A stretch of 20,000 nt of DNA, taken from NCBI GenBank assembly GCA_001662655.1, contig KV460279.1; one strand, given 5' to 3'. The notes beneath the pieces are model-generated. The model saw only the letters and a list, made by a program, of their open reading frames with translations, made no database searches and was not told the DNA's origin. A program made the position numbers and the translations under genes. Positions 17,973 through 20,000 of the stretch are shown in pieces; position 1 is the stretch's first letter, and each line of letters begins with the position of its first letter. The stretch comes from Pseudogymnoascus verrucosus (lineage: Eukaryota).

Positions 17973-19553
17973 ATGCTCGCTAAAAACATGTATGAGGCGA
18001 AAACGATCTGGCAGGATTTTGCCTTGGCACATTCCCGTCGGACTAGCAGAGGGGCATGGGATAATCAAGCTTTTCCGCCAAGACGACCGTCGCAAATCTT
18101 TGAAATTCATAGCCTCTCCATACAGCGCATCTCATTGATCTTGGTTAGTCAAGTCCCTTGATGGATACAAGTCACATGACTAACCAACTTCCAGCTCGCC
18201 ATCCAAAACTCCGCTCTCATTATGGTATGGACACGTGATTCATCTTTCGAGAGGTGGAAGATTCCAATTGCTAATAATGTCGTCAGACAATGCATTACTC
18301 CCGAATAGCTCCTGTCGACTCAGGCCGTCGCTATCTCCCATCCACAGCCGTTCTTCTTGTCGAGATCATCAAACTGGTAGTTAGCTTGTCCATCACCACA
18401 TTCGAAATGGCCAAAGCACACCCCACTAGTTCGCCAAGAGACCTATTTGTGCTCCTCTGCAAGTCCTTCTTGTCGTCCGATAGCTGGAAACTCATCATCC
18501 CCGCAGCACTGTATACCCTACAGAACTCCCTCGTCTACGTCGCGATCAGCAATCTAGAAGCCGTGACATTCCAAGTGATATACCAGCTGAAAATCCTCAC
18601 CACCGTCCTCTTCAGTATCGGGTTGGTAGGAAAGACGATCTCATCTCGACAATGGCTTGCTCTGGTCCTGCTCACCCTCGGTGTCGCAATCGTACAGACA
18701 TCAAACCCGCTTCCCTCATTCGAGGAGATGAAAAGCAAGCTCACCACCCTACTCTCGCCATCTCCTTCCGAGTTATCCCCCTTGGCATCAAAATCATCCT
18801 TCCCGCCCGGCCAGCCCGAGTCAGCGCACATCCTCCACTCCTCCACCATGTCTGCCACCCGGGGCCTGCTCGCCGTGCTCGCCGCATCCCTGATCTCGGG
18901 CTTCACAAGCGTCTACTTCGAACTCATCATCAAGAGCACCATTTCCAGCGTATCTCTCTGGACACGTAACGTGCAGCTCTCCTTCTATTCCCTCTTCCCA
19001 GCCTTGTTCCTCGGTGTCATGTACCAAGACGGCCCTTCCATTTCCACGCATGGATTCTTCGCAGGCTACAACAGCATTGTGTGGGTCGTGATTGTGCTGC
19101 AGGCGCTTGGGGGGGTACTTGTTGCGGTTGTAATTACGTCTGCGGATAATGTGGCGAAGAACTTTGCAGCTAGTGTTAGTATTGTTGTTAGTTGTGTGGT
19201 GAGCGCGGTGGTTTATCAGACGGGGGTCAGCGTGCATGTGAGTCCTTACTTTTATCCCTTCAACTTTTTCTTTCCTTCTCGTTCCTTTCCATCTCCGAGT
19301 CATGGATGCTCTTACTTCTAGGACTTGAGGCCGACTAGAGCTCGATCTAGAGCAAGATGGAGATTTGTCTTTATATCTAGATTTTACATCTACAGCAGAT
19401 TAAATACTAACGCATTCATTTCTTCTATAACAGGGCACAATCGGCACAGGAACAGTCCTGCTCGCTGCATATCTCTATCATAGCTATAGCTGTGCGAGTC
19501 CGGCTAGTGAGCTGCTGCTGCCGATGAGCAGGGAGAGGGATATCAAGGGCTAG
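17973..19553 (+). CDS. Golgi nucleotide-sugar transporter (SLC35A-type UDP-Gal/UDP-GlcNAc transporter; NstA-like); exons 17973-18143, 18195-18224, 18287-19237, 19434-19553
   Basis: The spliced protein has LAIQNSALIMTMHYSR, YLPSTAVLLVEIIKL, IPAALYTLQNSLVYVAISNL, FQVIYQLKILTT, SGFTSVYFELIIK, SLWTRNVQLS and ADNVAKNFAASVSI. Three canonical introns. Confidence 0.92.
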
Positions 19554-19854
19554 ATACGATTGTACATTAGATATAATAGTTCTATGGGTAATTGACTAGA
19601 GGTACTATTAGCACAGAAACTAGAAGGTGAAGGCCGCTTCCAGCTCAGGATACTCGAATTTAGCCCTATCGATCTACGGACTAGTGTTGGGGCTACTACC
19701 ATCTACAACATTCTTCATTTATTTTCCAGGACATACCTAATACTATAGGACGGAAATTCCGTGCATCCCGCAGTTAGTTGCTCCCCCCACACCCCCACAC
19801 CCCCCGACTTCAACTCAAGACAGCTCCAGCCCCCTCGCACCATTGTAAGACGGC

Positions 19855-19876
19855 CCTCACGTGATGGCACGTGAGG
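19855..19876. promoter_or_regulatory. Paired CACGTG E-boxes forming an inverted repeat
   Basis: cctcacgtg-atgg-cacgtgagg: two bHLH-type CACGTG sites 10 bp apart, within 9-bp inverted arms. Confidence 0.35.
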
Positions 19877-20000
19877 TACCACGCCGAAGGCAGCCCTACG
19901 GTGGAGCGGTCATTCGGGTATAGCCCGGTTATTAGGGCTCACGGTATGGAAGGGTATCAGGGGCTGGGGCCTCAGTTGAGGACTCCAGTCAATAGTCGCT

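Noticed and set aside
18535..19303. Antisense and alternative-frame ORFs within the transporter gene
   Set aside because: They are shadows of the well-supported nucleotide-sugar transporter exon.
19880..20000. Possible tRNA/ncRNA-like GC-rich stretch at the window end
   Set aside because: No cloverleaf or A/B-box pattern could be built.

Overview
Eukaryotic, intron-containing DNA from a filamentous ascomycete fungus (short GT-AG introns with CTAAC/CTGAC branch sites). I built nine spliced or partial gene models by hand: (1) the 3' part of a Pro-rich Fic1/Inn1-like protein; (2) a fungal Ser/Thr kinase-like gene; (3) a multi-pass membrane protein with a Pro/Gln-rich tail; (4) cell wall protein PhiA; (5) an unusual ~877-aa minus-strand protein joining three 50-aa tandem repeats, a TupA-like (tungstate-binding, PBP2-type) domain and a C-terminal hemopexin-repeat domain; (6) a DUF488 protein with an ATG-only first coding exon and an NLS-like extension; and (7-9) a compact glycosylation cluster of a GT32 glycosyltransferase, a PIG-L-family GlcNAc de-N-acetylase and a nucleotide-sugar transporter. 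The cluster resembles the gntA/dacA/nstA glucosamine-IPC glycosphingolipid cluster of Aspergillus fumigatus. I also see a decayed ankyrin-repeat remnant, a possible small 3-exon gene, and several short repeats and palindromes. The repeat-TupA-hemopexin fusion is the strongest candidate for novelty. All family assignments come from recognising motifs by eye, not from database searches.
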